Source of the DNA: the human T2T-CHM13v2.0 reference genome, Homo sapiens
NCBI RefSeq assembly: GCF_009914755.1
Contig: NC_060929.1
Direction: 5' to 3' (one strand)
DNA: 64,000 nt
Of the stretch, positions 37,588-51,329 are shown in pieces (positions within the stretch are counted from its first letter, which is position 1; each line of letters starts with the position of its first letter). The translations under genes and the position numbers were made by a program. The notes under the pieces are model-generated. The model worked only from the letters and a program-made list of their open reading frames with translations. It had not been told where the DNA came from and searched no databases.

Positions 37588-39105
37588 TATAAGGGTGCAG
37601 GAGTAAATGGTGAGCCCTTCTAGGAGATTAGTGTGTGGCTGGGACCCTTTTTAACATCTTTTACTTTGGGCCCATTCTTTCAACTCATTTTTACCACCAT
37701 GTATCAAGTTTGTGCCTGAGTCACTCCAAGCTTGCCCATCTGTGGGGGCAGCAGATTGTTCCAGGTGAGTTGAAGATACAAGGAATAAGTGTATGCATAA
37801 ATAATGTGCAAAGGAAGCTGCTAAAACCCTGTTTCTAGAATTTTCTACTTCTATTTTTGTGTCTTTTTTGCCCCTACACACAATTAGTAGTGGTGTTTCG
37901 AACTCATCCAAAATTTGATTTTGCATGTTTTCTTGTTTACTTTTTAGTCCTTTACTGAAAGGTTTCTAAGTAGCTAGGTGTTTTTTCTAGTCTGCCATAT
38001 TCCAGAGTTTTCACACCAGTAAGTCTGCTTACAGACCTTTTTGCTGTGCTGTTGTTGTTGTTTTCTTTTCCCCAACAAATTTATGACATTAGGTCACACT
38101 TTATTCGAGAAGCTTTATTTTCCATCTGCTCTCCGTTTTTGCTCTATTATTAGGCTATGCTTCTGGTATTCTGATCCCCCTTCATTTTCAGAACTCTTGT
38201 TGACGTCAGTGGGGAACCTAGGCAGAGGAGAGTGTAATGCTGAGCTTGGCTTCACAGTCCATTTTGGGAAAAGCGTCTGACCTCCTTGAGATGGAACTTC
38301 CGTTGGGTGGACCCCTGCTCATTTTCTACAGACAGTGGAGCCTATGCATAGTATTTAATGCAACCACCAGTACAGGATGATATACTTGCTCTACCACCCA
38401 AATATATTGACTTTCTGTTAAAAGGCTTTTAACATAAATTTTAAGAGATTAACAAAATACATCATAGGCTATTGCTGAGAATGCAGGGTTTTTAACTACG
38501 TTTCTCCTACATTGATTTTAGTTCATATATTTTAACCACCGCCTTATTTTACTGTACCTTTTAATTTGTTATTCATTTGTTTGAAACCAGAACTCTGCCA
38601 AGGCACTCTGGACCCACAGGAACTGAAATAGTTTGCCTTCATTATCTGGTAGACCTGCTCGAGTCTGTAGCCCCTGACAGAAACCACAAGACTGTACAAA
38701 CTGGCAACTGTGGGTTTGTCTGTTCTCTATTGATTCTATTTCTGGAAAAAAACATGAACCAATGGGTGAGCCATGTGACTGTACAACTGACCCAAAGCTA
38801 CCATCAGAAGTGGGATGGAGACCTTTATAGACAGGTCATGATGGGATCTCAACACTTTCCTGTCTGCTTCTTAAGAATGGCTTTCAGTAGCTTTGACTTG
38901 AAACTTAACTCCTTGTGTTCTGAAGTATGAAACTGGAGGAGAATCTTCATATTCTATAGCTTGTTATTTAATTTGGGAGACCATAAGTCAAAATGTTCCA
39001 AACATCTAATAAAATGTATAATAAAGACCAGATATAAGTTAACTTACAAAATAGCTTACTTCTTTCCTCCATGTGAATTGCAAAGCAACTCCATCAGAAG
39101 ACTTG

Positions 39106-39106
<1 letters not shown>

Positions 39107-39146
<40 letters not shown>
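39107..39146 (+). repeat. (AC)20 microsatellite
   Basis: Perfect dinucleotide run. Confidence 0.98.
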
Positions 39147-39148
<2 letters not shown>

Positions 39149-39486
39149 ACTTTTCAGACTATGAAACTGCAACTGCTGTAGTGTTTCCTTTTCTTGAGCT
39201 TTGGTATTTGCGCTCAGTACTGATCCTTAAGTAAATAGAATGTAGGACTTCTATGTAATCAGGCCAAATGTAAGAGTTCTGGTCTTGGCTCCAATATGCT
39301 ATGTGTCTTTGGTCTTCTCTCTTCTTCTCCATTAAATGTCAAATGACTAAACGATCCCCAATGTCTGTTCTAATTCTAAGAATCAAAGTGATTAAGAGTC
39401 TTTGATAGCACCAGAGAGATCTAGGTAGTAGAGAACACAGGTATGAGAGAACACATCCTATTAAACACACACGTGCATGGGTGCAT

Positions 39487-39488
<2 letters not shown>

Positions 39489-39518
<30 letters not shown>
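39489..39518 (+). repeat. (AC)15 microsatellite
   Basis: Perfect run preceded by gtgcatgc. Confidence 0.97.
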
Positions 39519-39520
<2 letters not shown>

Positions 39521-42500
39521 AACAGAAAAACCAAAATAGCTCCCCTCTCTTCCTCCCCCAATAATGACAATGCAGCCATCTGTTGGACGTTCCATTTTAC
39601 TTAGCAGCTGTTCTCAGATACAGAAATCTGCATTCCTCCGGCTTGTGCTGGTATGCAGGCAGCATGTGTGGGTACTAGCATTTGACTCTCCCACCCAAAG
39701 GAATGGCTTTCATTGAATAAAAGTGATTGCAGAGGTTTCTTATTTCCCCATCACACAAATGCCTTTTTTTTTTCTGATAATAGGCATTTGAAGCCATCTC
39801 TGCTACTCTGTGTATTAAAATATACCCTGTTAGAGATATTCATATCAAGCAATCATCTAAAATTGAAGAGGACAACCAGGAAAGGCTTCAGTGAAACTCT
39901 TGCCTTGCCAGAAACTTCTACTTTGAAGGAAAGTGGGAGAGGTTGGAATATAAAGTTCCATTCTACTTTTATTTTGTCCACACCCCCAGCATTGCACTTA
40001 AGCACTGAGGAATAAGTATTGTTCAAAAAGAAACTAGGAGGCTTTCAAATGTAGCATTAATCTTAACACCAAACTAAATGAAAATATATAAGAGAAATAT
40101 CCAAAGGGGATATGGAAGTAAAATCTTTTAAATATTCCATGTTCCTGCTGCTCCCAGACCGAACCTCTTCTACAGGCTGAAATTTTGTCTTCTGTGTGGT
40201 ATATTATATAAAGTGGTATATCATTTAAAAAAAGAAGCAATTGAGTTGGGGGTTGGGAGGAGCTGCAGTTATAAACAACAACAAGAAAGTGTCCTACAGG
40301 CTCTGTAGACGAGAACCTTGGGTATAAAATTGGATCTGCTTTTGAGTACATAATTTAGGACATTTGTTACAAGATTACTGTGGTTTTCTATAAATGTTAG
40401 TTTGCTGTATTATTTTCCATGAACTAGTTTTCCAAAATGCAGAATATTTTGCCCCCAAAACATGGAAGCACTAAAGCTCGATGAGGCACTGATTCATGGG
40501 GTGTCACCCAGAAACAGCTGGTCAGCCATCTGCAGCCCCAGAGTCCTCTTATTTTTACTTTATTCAGCTAATTCTTTATGTAGAGGGGGAAGAAGATGCA
40601 TAAATCCTGGGAGAAGAGCATGGCTCGTTTAAGAAAATGATGACTAACGCCTGCCCGAGACTGATATCTGGTGGCCTGATGCGCTGATTTGGAGGGGTCC
40701 GTTTCCTATGTGCATTAGGCTTTCAACTCTCTACTACGTGTGCATTATTTTCTGTGTATCCTGTTCTTTTGGAAAAGGAAAGAAATGATGATATGCCATT
40801 GATTGTTGCATGGGAATGGTTCCAGATTAGAGCACCCTTGAGAACCATAACCGGTCTTTTCAAAGCAAGCAGAAGAGCCTGTAGTATCAAGGACGAGCCT
40901 GGAAGTTAGACCTGTATGTTTGTCCATGGGTCCCTCATGTGCTTCTAAATTAGACCTTGTAACTGCCATGGATTCTGCGGTCAGAAAATGTTGGAGGTAA
41001 AGGCAGTATTTGACACAAACTAAAAGATATAGCATGATTCATAGCCAAAATCATGTTAAATAAAAAATACTCAGTAAATTTTTAGGCAATGCTGTTTTAT
41101 TTTGAATTTGACATTAACTGTAGTAAAGTTGTGGATAATTCTATTAGAGTAGTCTTTTGTTTCCCTGAATGAGAAGGGGCCTTGTTGACAGGAGATAGAT
41201 TGTTATGTTATCCCTTCCTTGTGCTACCTAAGGCGGTTCATTCAAATGACAGAGCCAGATGACTACGTAGGAAGGAAAACCTTCTTCCAATCATAGGAAG
41301 GAGGCTTTTAGGTGCACAGGTGTATGCCGCTTACAGGTAGGCATAATTATAGTTTAATCAAATCCTTGTGTGTCTCCGGAGACCACTTTTGGCATACCTT
41401 TTAATATTTTTCTTGAATCATCAAAATCTTTTACCCATTCCCCCCATATGTATTGGTATGTGCACACACACACACACACAATTCTTTCTTATTTTATTTC
41501 TTTGTCTTGGCTTGTGATCACTAAGGTTTTCAGTTTCTTTCATGACTTACATAGCCACACTAGAAGGTGAATCATTTTATTTTTACAGTTAAAAGGTAGC
41601 AAGATAAACTTTCATTGCTACATTTAACCTGTGTGGCATTATTAAACTTGGGACATAATTACTGATCTACTATAATTTTTCTGGTTGTATAATCCTGAAA
41701 AGCACCCATGACAATTGACTAGAACAAAAGGTAAATGCACCTTTAATTGATAAGACAGACAATTTTTGTAAAAGAATTGGAAAACCATCTGTACTGTAAA
41801 CTTTTGTGTCTCTTTTTCATTCCTGTTTACTCTGCTATTCAATCCAAATAAAGATTGTTTTCACCTCAGCAACACAAAAATCACATAGACGATCCTTCAG
41901 GCTGTCAGTCAGAGGAAAGATATACATATGCCCAAAGTATACACTTGTGCTTGTTCACAGTGTTATTTGGGGAAAATATGTTGCATGTTCTCCTGGCTCT
42001 CCTAGTTTTACATTTTGAATTAATGCAATTTATTCTAATTTATGACAACTGTTTGAAAGGCTTGCTCTCCATTTTTCCGTTTATAAAGAGGTTGTTTACT
42101 TAGAGGGGAAAAAGCAGTAGGAAAAGTGGATTGCCTTGCACATTCAGGTGGAAAAAGCGAGTGGGCTTCCTGTCTTGGAGTCAGTGATGTGCACGAGAGT
42201 TGGGATTGTAAGGACATCTCTTGTAACAACTTTTTCTGTCTCTTTGGAAATAGGAATGAAATTATGGAGAACCTTTATTCTGCTTCTTAAAGAAAGTCTT
42301 ATACAATTGAGTTAATTACCTCCCCCTTTTCTCTTGTTCTCTCTTCTTGTATTTATATAGCAGCCATCACCATAGTACCCTACACACGTTGATAAGAATG
42401 CTATTTTAGAAAAAAAAAAAAAGGAAGAAGAAAAAAAATAAGCACATGGTAGAAAAGAAAGGTTATTTCTTGTGATAGTACAAGATTCCTCTAGGGCTCA

Positions 42501-42911
42501 AAACCAGTAAAACAGGTTGGCCCTATTGTACCTAGAACAGTGTCTCAACCATAGTAGATAATTTAAGGAATATTTTTCAATTGGCATTACTAGAATCCAT
42601 TTTTCTGTCCTTGTTTAAAAACAAAGTCTCATCCCAGTGTGCTCTATCCTGCCTTCATTCTTCTTAGAAGGGCTCTGTTGTGAAAGGACTGCTTGCTGGA
42701 GAAGAAGCTGAGCAGAAAGAGAACGACAGGGAGCACGTGTAGATTTCAGGGCCAGCCTAGGATCCAGATATCCCTTGGGGCTTTCATGAAATTCTGTTTC
42801 CTGTTGATATATGGTACTTATCTTGTTAACTGTGTACATGTGCATAGTGTTATGTGGATATGTATAACTATAGCCACTAATGTCCTCAAAAGGAATCACA
42901 AGTCATAGAGG

Positions 42912-43153
42912 TAAAAACATTATTATGTACCAGACACTTATAATCCCCTTATGTATATTAACTCAGTTAATTCTCATAAAATCTCTAGGAGGTATATCTA
43001 TGGTTTTCAGCACCATTTTAAAAATTAAGAGGCTAGACGATGGAGAGGCTAAATAATTAGCCCAGAATCATGGTTAGTAATGATCAGAAAAAGGGGTTTG
43101 AACCAAAGTAGTTTCACTCCAGCTTCCATGTTCTTAACTACTATGCCATGCTG
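42912..43153 (-). mobile_element. MIR SINE
   Basis: tatgtaccagacac..tatattaactca..ccatttta..gagaggctaaataattagccca..tttgaacc..tcttaactactatg. Confidence 0.8.
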
Positions 43154-43414
43154 ACTCTTTCTCAAACTACAAATCAGTTCCATACTGAGTCAGTAATCAG
43201 GGCTTGGAATAAACTTTTAGGGTAATATTATTTTAAGACCTAGATCTTACCAGTACAATAATGATCTGCTGAACCTCAAATCTAATCTAGCCTTGGAGTA
43301 GGCAACTACAAGACTTTAAGAAAAGACTGCTGTAACTTCTTCTTTGTTTACATGGGTTTACAATTTTTAATGCAATGCATACTTAACCTGCAAAACCCAT
43401 GCCCTTTCACTAAG

Positions 43415-44030
43415 AGCATGCATCCATGCATTCATGTAAAGTTATTGATGATTCAATGAGAAATCATTTTGCTTTTGTATATATATTAGTCAATTGGGTG
43501 GGAGATAATTCAAACACATAAACAGTTAAAATATTGCTTCAGTATGACTGGTGACATTTACAAAATATTATGGCAGCAAGGAATAAGGGTTTTGGGGTTT
43601 AGATGTTGGGGTTAGTGCAGAGTGTGTATGGGGCTAAGGATATGTACATGGAGAACTAGGTTCTTGAATTAAAGTCTTGAAGGGTTGATGAAGAGTTATG
43701 CAGCCAGGGAGTCAGGTGAGGACAATCTAGGAAGAGGAAGCAGTTTGTTCCAAGATTTGAAGGTATGACAAAGCATGATGTCCATGAATATGATGTAACT
43801 GGAATGAGATGCCAAAGTGATGAGAGGTGGGGCTAGAAGAATGAGTAGGGATCAGACCATGAAGAACCACTGGGTCTCCTATTGTGTAGGTAAAGGCAAA
43901 CCATGAGAGATGAGTAACAGTTATGGGCTCATCTGATTTTTGTTTTTAGAAATGCACTCAGAAGTCAATGGCCTGGGTGAGGGTAAAACCATGGGGAAAA
44001 GAAGCAGTGAAGGGATCTTAAGGCATAGTT
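43415..44030 (-). mobile_element. L2 fragment
   Basis: Diverged antisense L2 motifs (ttgaattaaagtcttgaagg; ggggctagaaga..gggatcagaccatgaag; gtttttagaaa). Confidence 0.55.
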
Positions 44031-44044
44031 ATAGACAGTACACT

Positions 44045-44232
44045 ATAATCTTAATACTCAGAACAATCCTATATACAAGACACTATTTCCATTAAGTAGA
44101 TTAAACAAAACCAAACAAAATTGAGAATTGTTGAGTAACTTGCCCAAGATCTAAGGCAAGTAAATGACAGCTGTTTTACTTTCCCGTTAGTCAGACTCCA
44201 ATCCTGCCCACTTCCTACTATATCATGCTGTC
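44045..44232 (-). mobile_element. MIR SINE
   Basis: aatactcagaacaatcctat..gagtaacttgcccaagatc..gactccaa. Confidence 0.65.
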
Positions 44233-46189
44233 TCCTATTTCAGTCTCTTAAAAAGTCAACACTCCTAGTCTCCACTTAGAATTACTCAAAACTTCCCTGC
44301 ACTGTCCAGATTCTCTCTCCAACCCTCTGACCATGCCTGTTCAGCCTCTTCTGTTGCATACCTTCTTCAGCCTTCCTCTCAACTGTTCCTGTTTCTCAAA
44401 GTTCTCTCCTCAGTCCTCTAACCTCTCCTCTTTCCTATCATTCCCATCTCTCCCCTGACAAGATCTCTCTTTCTGCAGTAATCCCATCCATTTTGTGCAT
44501 CCCATGCAGGAACCCTGCCCCCTTAACTTCTTTAACTCTCAACACTGAAAGTGTCCCCATGTCCTGTTGTTGCCATGTTATAGTATAAACAAGTCTCTTT
44601 ATTGCAAGTATGGTGAAATGATCATTGTGTTTTGCCTATACTATTGAAAGAGCAATTCGACTGGTTTTTACATCTGGCTATCGGATTGATGTTTCTGGGC
44701 AGAAGTCCGGCTATACTACTCCCTTGCTTAAAATTTCATTGGCTCCCTATTAAAAATAAAACAAAATGTAATTTTCCAAGATGGTCAATAAGTACCCCTA
44801 AATTGGGCCACCAGTTTTTACATCAAAGCTTATTTCCCATTGCTTGGCACATTGCTGGCTGCTAGTAAGTTCTCAACACATCTGTTGAGCAAATGAATGA
44901 GTGACTCCAGCTCACGTAAACTGATATATTTTTTAAAAATTAGAGGTATATATAGTCTAAAATAAGGAATTTATTTTTTATTTCAGTTAAGCTATCCCAA
45001 GGTAGCTGGTCATACTAAAAATATTTATAAACAGACAAAGCATTGGCACTGAACAGTCAGAATGGGCATGGGCTATGAGTCACTGTACATGTACACTGAA
45101 AGGCCTCTAAATTGAATGTGCTTTCATTCACACCAGACAGAACTGCTTCTGCATAGAATTCTCTGACTTTGGACGCCTTTCTTGTGACTTCTTCTGGTTC
45201 CTATAGGTTTCGTCTCTGAAGCAACTGAACGACTCAGAGAATGGAAGTAGGATTCACAGATGGGGTCCGGGGCTTTAAGAAGAGAACAGTCCTTGCACTC
45301 CTGGTGGGTGTGACTCAGAGAAGAGTACCACCCTCCACGTTTGCCCCTCTCTCCTCTCAAAAGCCCTATAGGAAGATATTTGAGAGTATGTGCATGCAGA
45401 ATGCCCCTCCTTTTGAGCCATTAGCTTTCCAAGAATTTTTCAGTCCCATGACCACTTTCTACTTCTCTCACTCTTTCACCTTTTTCTGTTAGTTATGAGT
45501 GTTTTTACTCTCCCAATACGTTTTACTCTTCTTCCTCCCTCTTTCTTTTCTGCCATGAGCCACCTCCATTTTCTTAATTGAATAAAATTGGAACCTGTCA
45601 TATATTTAGCATACTCATTAAATAAATGTTACTACCTAAGAATCAAATGAATATTGCTTTTATGATTATTTTTTCTTACAAAACAAAGTTAAGCCAATGC
45701 AAAAAATGTTGTTTCTTACTTGGATAAAACCTTGAATACATCTATTTTTTTTGTTGTTGTTGTTCTAATGGGGCAGTGATCTATTACAACTAAAAAAAAA
45801 TGTACTCAGGTCTGAGTGCTTAAGTAAACAACAAAAGCAAATGAGAAACTGGTATTAATAAGAAGAAAGATGAGAAGAAGGGAAGAGAATGCAAAAGAGA
45901 AAGAGGAGAAGATTTCACAGACCAAAAGTTTAAAAGGAAGAAAAAAAATAACCTAGACAAGCAAATGAGAAGCCTGCGATGACTACACCCTTTTTCTGGT
46001 CCAGTCTTTCCCTTCTAGACATTGGTGAAATGCCTATCTAGCCAAAGGAAGACTAGCCAGAATAGGGGAAATCACATCTGGTTTTACTCATTAAACAACT
46101 GTTTGAGGATCCACTATGTACTAAATCTTGTTCTAGGCAGTTTAGAATCCTAGAAGAATAATGTTCATCGGTAATCATCTGTGTTTCTT

Positions 46190-46496
46190 TCTTTTTTTTT
46201 TTTTTTTTTTTTTTTGAGACAGAGTCTTGCTCTGTCACCCAGGCTGGAGTGTGGTGGCGTGATCTCGGCTCACTGCAACCTCCGCCCCTCCAGGTTTAAG
46301 CAATTATCTGCCTCAGCCTCTGGAGTAGCTGGGATTACAGGCACGTGCCACCATGCCCAGCTAATTTTTTGTATTTTTATTAGAGACGGGGTTTCACCAT
46401 CTTGGCCAGGCTGGTCTTGAACTCCTGACCTCATGATCCACCTGCCTTGGCCTCCCAAAGTGCTGGGATTACAGGCGTGAGCCACCATGCCTGGCC
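46190..46496 (-). mobile_element. AluS (Sg/Sc-like) SINE, full length
   Basis: Poly(T) tail, both monomers, short gacctcatgatcc variant. 14-bp TSD catctgtgtttctt at 46176-46189 and 46500-46513. Confidence 0.97.
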
Positions 46497-47404
46497 GACC
46501 ATCTGTGTTTCTTGTCAGGTTTAAAGCAGTTTCTTTGGAGGGAAATATGCTTTTACTTTGTCAGCCACCCTTGTAAGTTGCTTTGTGTGCCACCAAAACG
46601 GAAAGCAAAAGTAGGCAAAAGAGAAAATAACAAAATCATGTACATAAATCTCTTATAAAGATTTGTCTTGGATTTACTGTGGAGAGAAGTTTCAGCCCTC
46701 TTATTGTATGTGCATCTGTTTCCCTATCCCCAAAAGGCATTAGCGGAACAAACCCCTACTGTACCTGGTGGAAGTAATGCACAGCAGCAACTTCCCTTGT
46801 GCGGCTGGATATTAATGCTAATGTACAGGAGTTAAATATAGCACAAAGCTAGTGTGTTGGAAAGAAAAGACAAAGCAACTAACATCACACTGCAAGGGGT
46901 GGGGTGGGGGAGGTGAGGAGATGATTATATCCTTAAGCGCCAGGATAGACTGCAAAAGTGGTAAACTGATAAGAGGAGAATGCAACTAGTGAACAGAACT
47001 CAGTCATGCTAACCTAATATTCTCAGTGGCAAAGAAAACCCAAGAATGTTGCCTAGATGAGTGTGAATGAGAGAGTCTGGAAAAGACAGAAACCTTTGGT
47101 GATGTTTATTAATAAGTGGGTTCAATAAGAAAAATGGGAGTAAGTTTTCTAGTTTTCTCCCACTTCTAACAGGAGACTGTATTAGGTCATACACCACTAG
47201 AGTAAGTAGAAAAATGTCCAAGTCCCACATAGTTCCCATTGCCTAAATGTTAGAAACCACCTTGAAAAACTCTAGAAGAAATGCTTCATGGATAATGGCT
47301 TAAATGAAGGAGTTTTGTTCTGATAAAGTGATCCAAGGTCATGAGAATTTTTCCTATGGCCATGGAAAATTTTGGTTTCAACATGTGCTGTATCTTTCTC
47401 AAGG

Positions 47405-47612
47405 TGACAGTGTGATGTATTGGTGAAAGTACTGGGTGGGGATTTGGGGCAACTGTATTTAAGAAGTGAGTCTTTCACTACAAATCTATGTAATCTTGAA
47501 AAAGTTAAATTCTCAGCATGTTATGATTATTTTTATTTTTTCATTTCTAAACCGAGATGATTAAATCAGATGACCACAACTGTTCTATCTGGTTCTGACA
47601 TGATAGATTCTC
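47405..47612 (+). mobile_element. MIR3/MIRc SINE
   Basis: ggtgaaagtactgg..tgtaatcttgaaaaagtta..cagatgacc..ttctgacat..tagattct. Confidence 0.55.
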
Positions 47613-47904
47613 CATGGGCTGTGCCCAGCTGTGCTGTGAGGCCTGAGGTAGAGGAGCCTTACCTCCCTCAGGGCATTAGACACTTACTTTGGGGGAAGAT
47701 TCTTCTTATACCAGAACAACTGACTCTATAACTGAGTGTTCTGAATGGCTCCTGTCTCTTTAATGGATATGTCTCCAGGGCTTAGGACAGCCATTGGCAC
47801 TAGGTGCTTAGAAATCTTTGGTAAATGAGTGAAGTACTATCTCCAAGGAAACTGATACTTAAATGGGACTTAAGGAACACTCCTTTCAGGGCATACAATA
47901 CTGA

Positions 47905-48125
47905 TTGTAACTGGGGTTAAAGCAAGGACTCTGTTCAAATCTCCACTTTATCACTTACTTTTGGCTGACCACAGGAAAATTACTTAATCTCTCTAAGTTA
48001 ATCCTCTTACAGTGAAAGCACGGTTAGAATTGTGTTTCCCTAATATGGATATTGTGAGATTTAAGCCAGTATTGCATTATTAGCACAGTGACTAGCAAGT
48101 AGTGAGTAGTCAATAAACATAACTA
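47905..48125 (+). mobile_element. MIR SINE
   Basis: ggttaaagcaaggactctg..ttcaaatctcc..ttacttaatctctctaag..ttgtgagattta..tagcacagtgactagca. Confidence 0.75.
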
Positions 48126-51100
48126 TACTTAGGTCAGGTTTAAGTTTTGAGGCCACAAAACAAATGGTGGGGAGACTTCTTCCAAAATCATAGTGGATAC
48201 AGGTGTGTTTTGTTAAGAGTTAGCTAACTAGTTATTGAACAAAAATGAAACAGAGATTTTAAAAACTAAGTTCTCTGTTAAGCTGGATTGTGTTGTGTGG
48301 TAAGGGGATCTAGGGAGGTGTATTTAAAAGGGCGATTTAGAGTAAAGAAGAAATAAGCTGGTTGCCAGGTACTATCTAGAGAAAAGTAAATTTGGCAGAC
48401 AGAATACACAGGATCCAGATTAGATACTGTGATTTGACCTGGGCTTTGGCTGGACATATTAAAACAACATCATCTAAAGATAGTGGGGTGGTGAGCTTGA
48501 ATCACAGTCTTATTCACTACGGCCAGGTTGCTCAAGTGTCTGGCTAAGGTGAAGGCAAAGTGCACAGAGGAAATTGTTTAAGCTCACATTGGATCCCAGC
48601 AAATGTGAGAGCCCGCAGCGATGGTGATGAAGTTCAGGAGTGTGCACGGAGTTTTCTAGAGCATTTTCTGGCACAGCTGCATTTGGATTTGAAGATACCT
48701 CCCCATGTAGGGCAGGATGAGAACAGATAATAACTAAGTGGTTGGAAGCAGGGCATTAGCAAAAGCTGGGCAGGACCATAAAAAAGTGTGGTTGGAATGC
48801 AAGCATGGACCCAAGCCCTAGAATAAAATTAGGTGCCTCAGAAAAGTCAGAAGGATACGCTCTGCTTCAAGGCAGATGCTGAGGCTTTCTGTTCGAGTTA
48901 AATAGCAGGAAAGGGAATGGAGAATTAGGGAGGGAGCTCTTTAGAGACTTCAGGGCCACCCAAGTTTTACTCTGCTCATGGGTTAAATATCTGGTAGGCA
49001 TCAGAAATTAATTCCAAGTTGCACCATGTGAGATTGACAGTACCCATATGTATTCTGATTTGGTATCATTGGCTCAGAAAAGTTAAGCTGGCTATAGAGA
49101 CAGATGATAAAGAAACTTGGCAGGGGCTGACACTAGTGCTGTAAGAGAAGAAATAAAAGCAAAGAGAGAAATAAGGAGAAGAAAATGACGCTAAACAACA
49201 CTGACCACAAAAAAGAAAACTAAACTTTTTAAAAATGAGTAAAAGACTTATTTCTCAGATGCAAAGTTTATCTGAGGCAAAACTGGCTGACGCAGTGGCT
49301 GTAAAGAATTTCCATATTTTCAAAGAGCTGGGTCTGAGGCCTGCAAAGAAAAATAAATAAGCCACACTTCCTTTTCACATCTCCTTCTTTTGATGACCTC
49401 AAAGGTTAGAAAGAGTGCTCATATTAAAACAGGATGGAAAGGGGCTACTGTTATCTCAAGAATCCCTGGGTCAGTGCTCTAAGAGAGATCTGAAAAAGAA
49501 AAGTGCTATCAAGAATTACCTGAGGCAAACTGCTGGAGGCTAAAAAGCAATAGCAAGCATTAAGATAAGAGAAGATTGAGTTTATGTCTATGTAAATAGC
49601 CCATAGGCATATCACAACCTCCTACAAGCTAAAGGTCTGCAGAGCAATTGCCATAGGAGAGATTCTGAACATGAAGTAGTGGGGCAGTACAGTCTGGGTA
49701 GGTCCCCACCAAGAAATATAAAGAAGGCAAAGACCTTGTAGTCTGGGGTGTAAGCCTTGTGGTAGGAGCCTCTCAAAATGTCATGGGAAGGTAAACAGGC
49801 TGTGAAAATCCAGATAGGGTATTCCCTAGGGTTGCTCTGTTTCACACAAAGTTTAGCCATTTCACTAAGTGTTAATTCTTTAATCTGATCTTTACTCTTC
49901 CCCATTTTGGAACTTTACAGACATTGAGATTGTCAGTTAGAATTTGATATAGGCCCATGTATTCTTCACTTCTTATGTTTATTGCCTTTCCACATGACCT
50001 CAGGTACTCTTAGATGCCTACAACTGGTATGATTCATGAGGTATCAGTGACACATAAATCACTCTATGTTTCTATTACAGTTCAACTATTTTCCTCATGG
50101 TGTGACTCACTGGGAATTATCCCTCATGAACAGAGTTTTGCCAACATTTTGCATGATAGGCTTTGGGGGCTGAGACCCAGAAACAGAGGAGTCATAAAGC
50201 CTGCATTTGAGTGATTGGTGGAAAAAGCTTAAAAATTATCTAGTTAGTGATAATGTTGGCGCACCATTATTAATTAAAACAGAAGGTTAAATATCATAAG
50301 ATAAACACTTACATAACCATCCTCAAATTTATTAAATCTGACTCCAATAAAGTAGAAACCAGCAGTAGTTTTAGTACTTACCTGCTCATCACGTCTGAGG
50401 AAATTCCCAACCACACCCTACGTTCCTTTCAAGTTGGTCCCTTTTCTCTTACATGAGTTACAGTGGTGAATTAGACATTCTTTGACTAAATATTGGACAC
50501 AGCTTAGTGCAGGTAAATTGTCTTCAAGATATAGAGCAATCTAAAAACTGATTAAGACCTGGAAACCATTTTTGTTTTCAATTATTCTCCTTTATTTTGT
50601 ACAGATTTACAAACTTTTATTTATTTACTCACTAATCAATTCAAACAGTTTTATAGGAATAACATAGTTAAAATAAATTTGAAAATTGAATCACTTAAAG
50701 CATACTAAGTACATTGTTTAATTACTGTCTATTATAATAGCCTTTTCTAAGCACCATGGGAAATTTTCAGAGTGCAGTCAGGGGATATGACTTGACCATG
50801 CAAAGGATTGATGTGATTTGAATAAAGAATAGAGAATAAAACATTTGTTTGGCTTAAATTGGGCAACTTGATTTAAGAAGCACCAGAACAATACACAAAA
50901 CTACATATGCCATCCAACCCTGTCAAGAAATACCATTCCAATGCTGTAGGGCTGTGCCAATTCATTCAGAATGCCATCTTAAGCCTGCCTCATATGGCAA
51001 GTCAGTAAAGAGTCACAACCATTTCCAGTTTCCTTTAATCCCTGGGAGATGGATTCAAGAGGCCAGTCTGCCTTTTTCACATTGCTGGGGAAATAAAGCA

Positions 51101-51303
51101 GAAACCACAAGTTTCCCTGATTGCTTCTAACTTTATAGTGCTCAGCAGTCATACAGAGCAAGTAATCCTCCAATATATGCTGATTTTTATTGAGGACTGC
51201 AAATATTCAGACTCCAATTCTTTTTGAAATAAAGTAAGACAGTGAGTAATAAATAGAAACTTCAGAACAGGCAAAACTAATTCTATTTTGAGGCTCCAGT
51301 AGG

Positions 51304-51329
51304 TTTTTTTTTTTTTTTTTTTTTTTTTT
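51304..51329 (+). repeat. T26 mononucleotide run
   Basis: Uninterrupted T run with no attached Alu or L1 body. Confidence 0.95.

Noticed and set aside
37737-37754. CTCF-like motif, and others at ~11603 and ~51400
   Set aside because: Mismatches at core positions of CCASYAGRKGGC.
40637-40687. C/D snoRNA-like boxes (ATGATGA...CTGA...CTGA)
   Set aside because: Only about 51 nt from box C to box D, a minimal terminal stem, and no rRNA or snRNA complementarity that I could recognise.
46831-46840. MEF2-like TTAAATATAG sites (also ~7912 and ~18178)
   Set aside because: Isolated AT-rich motifs expected by chance at this base composition.
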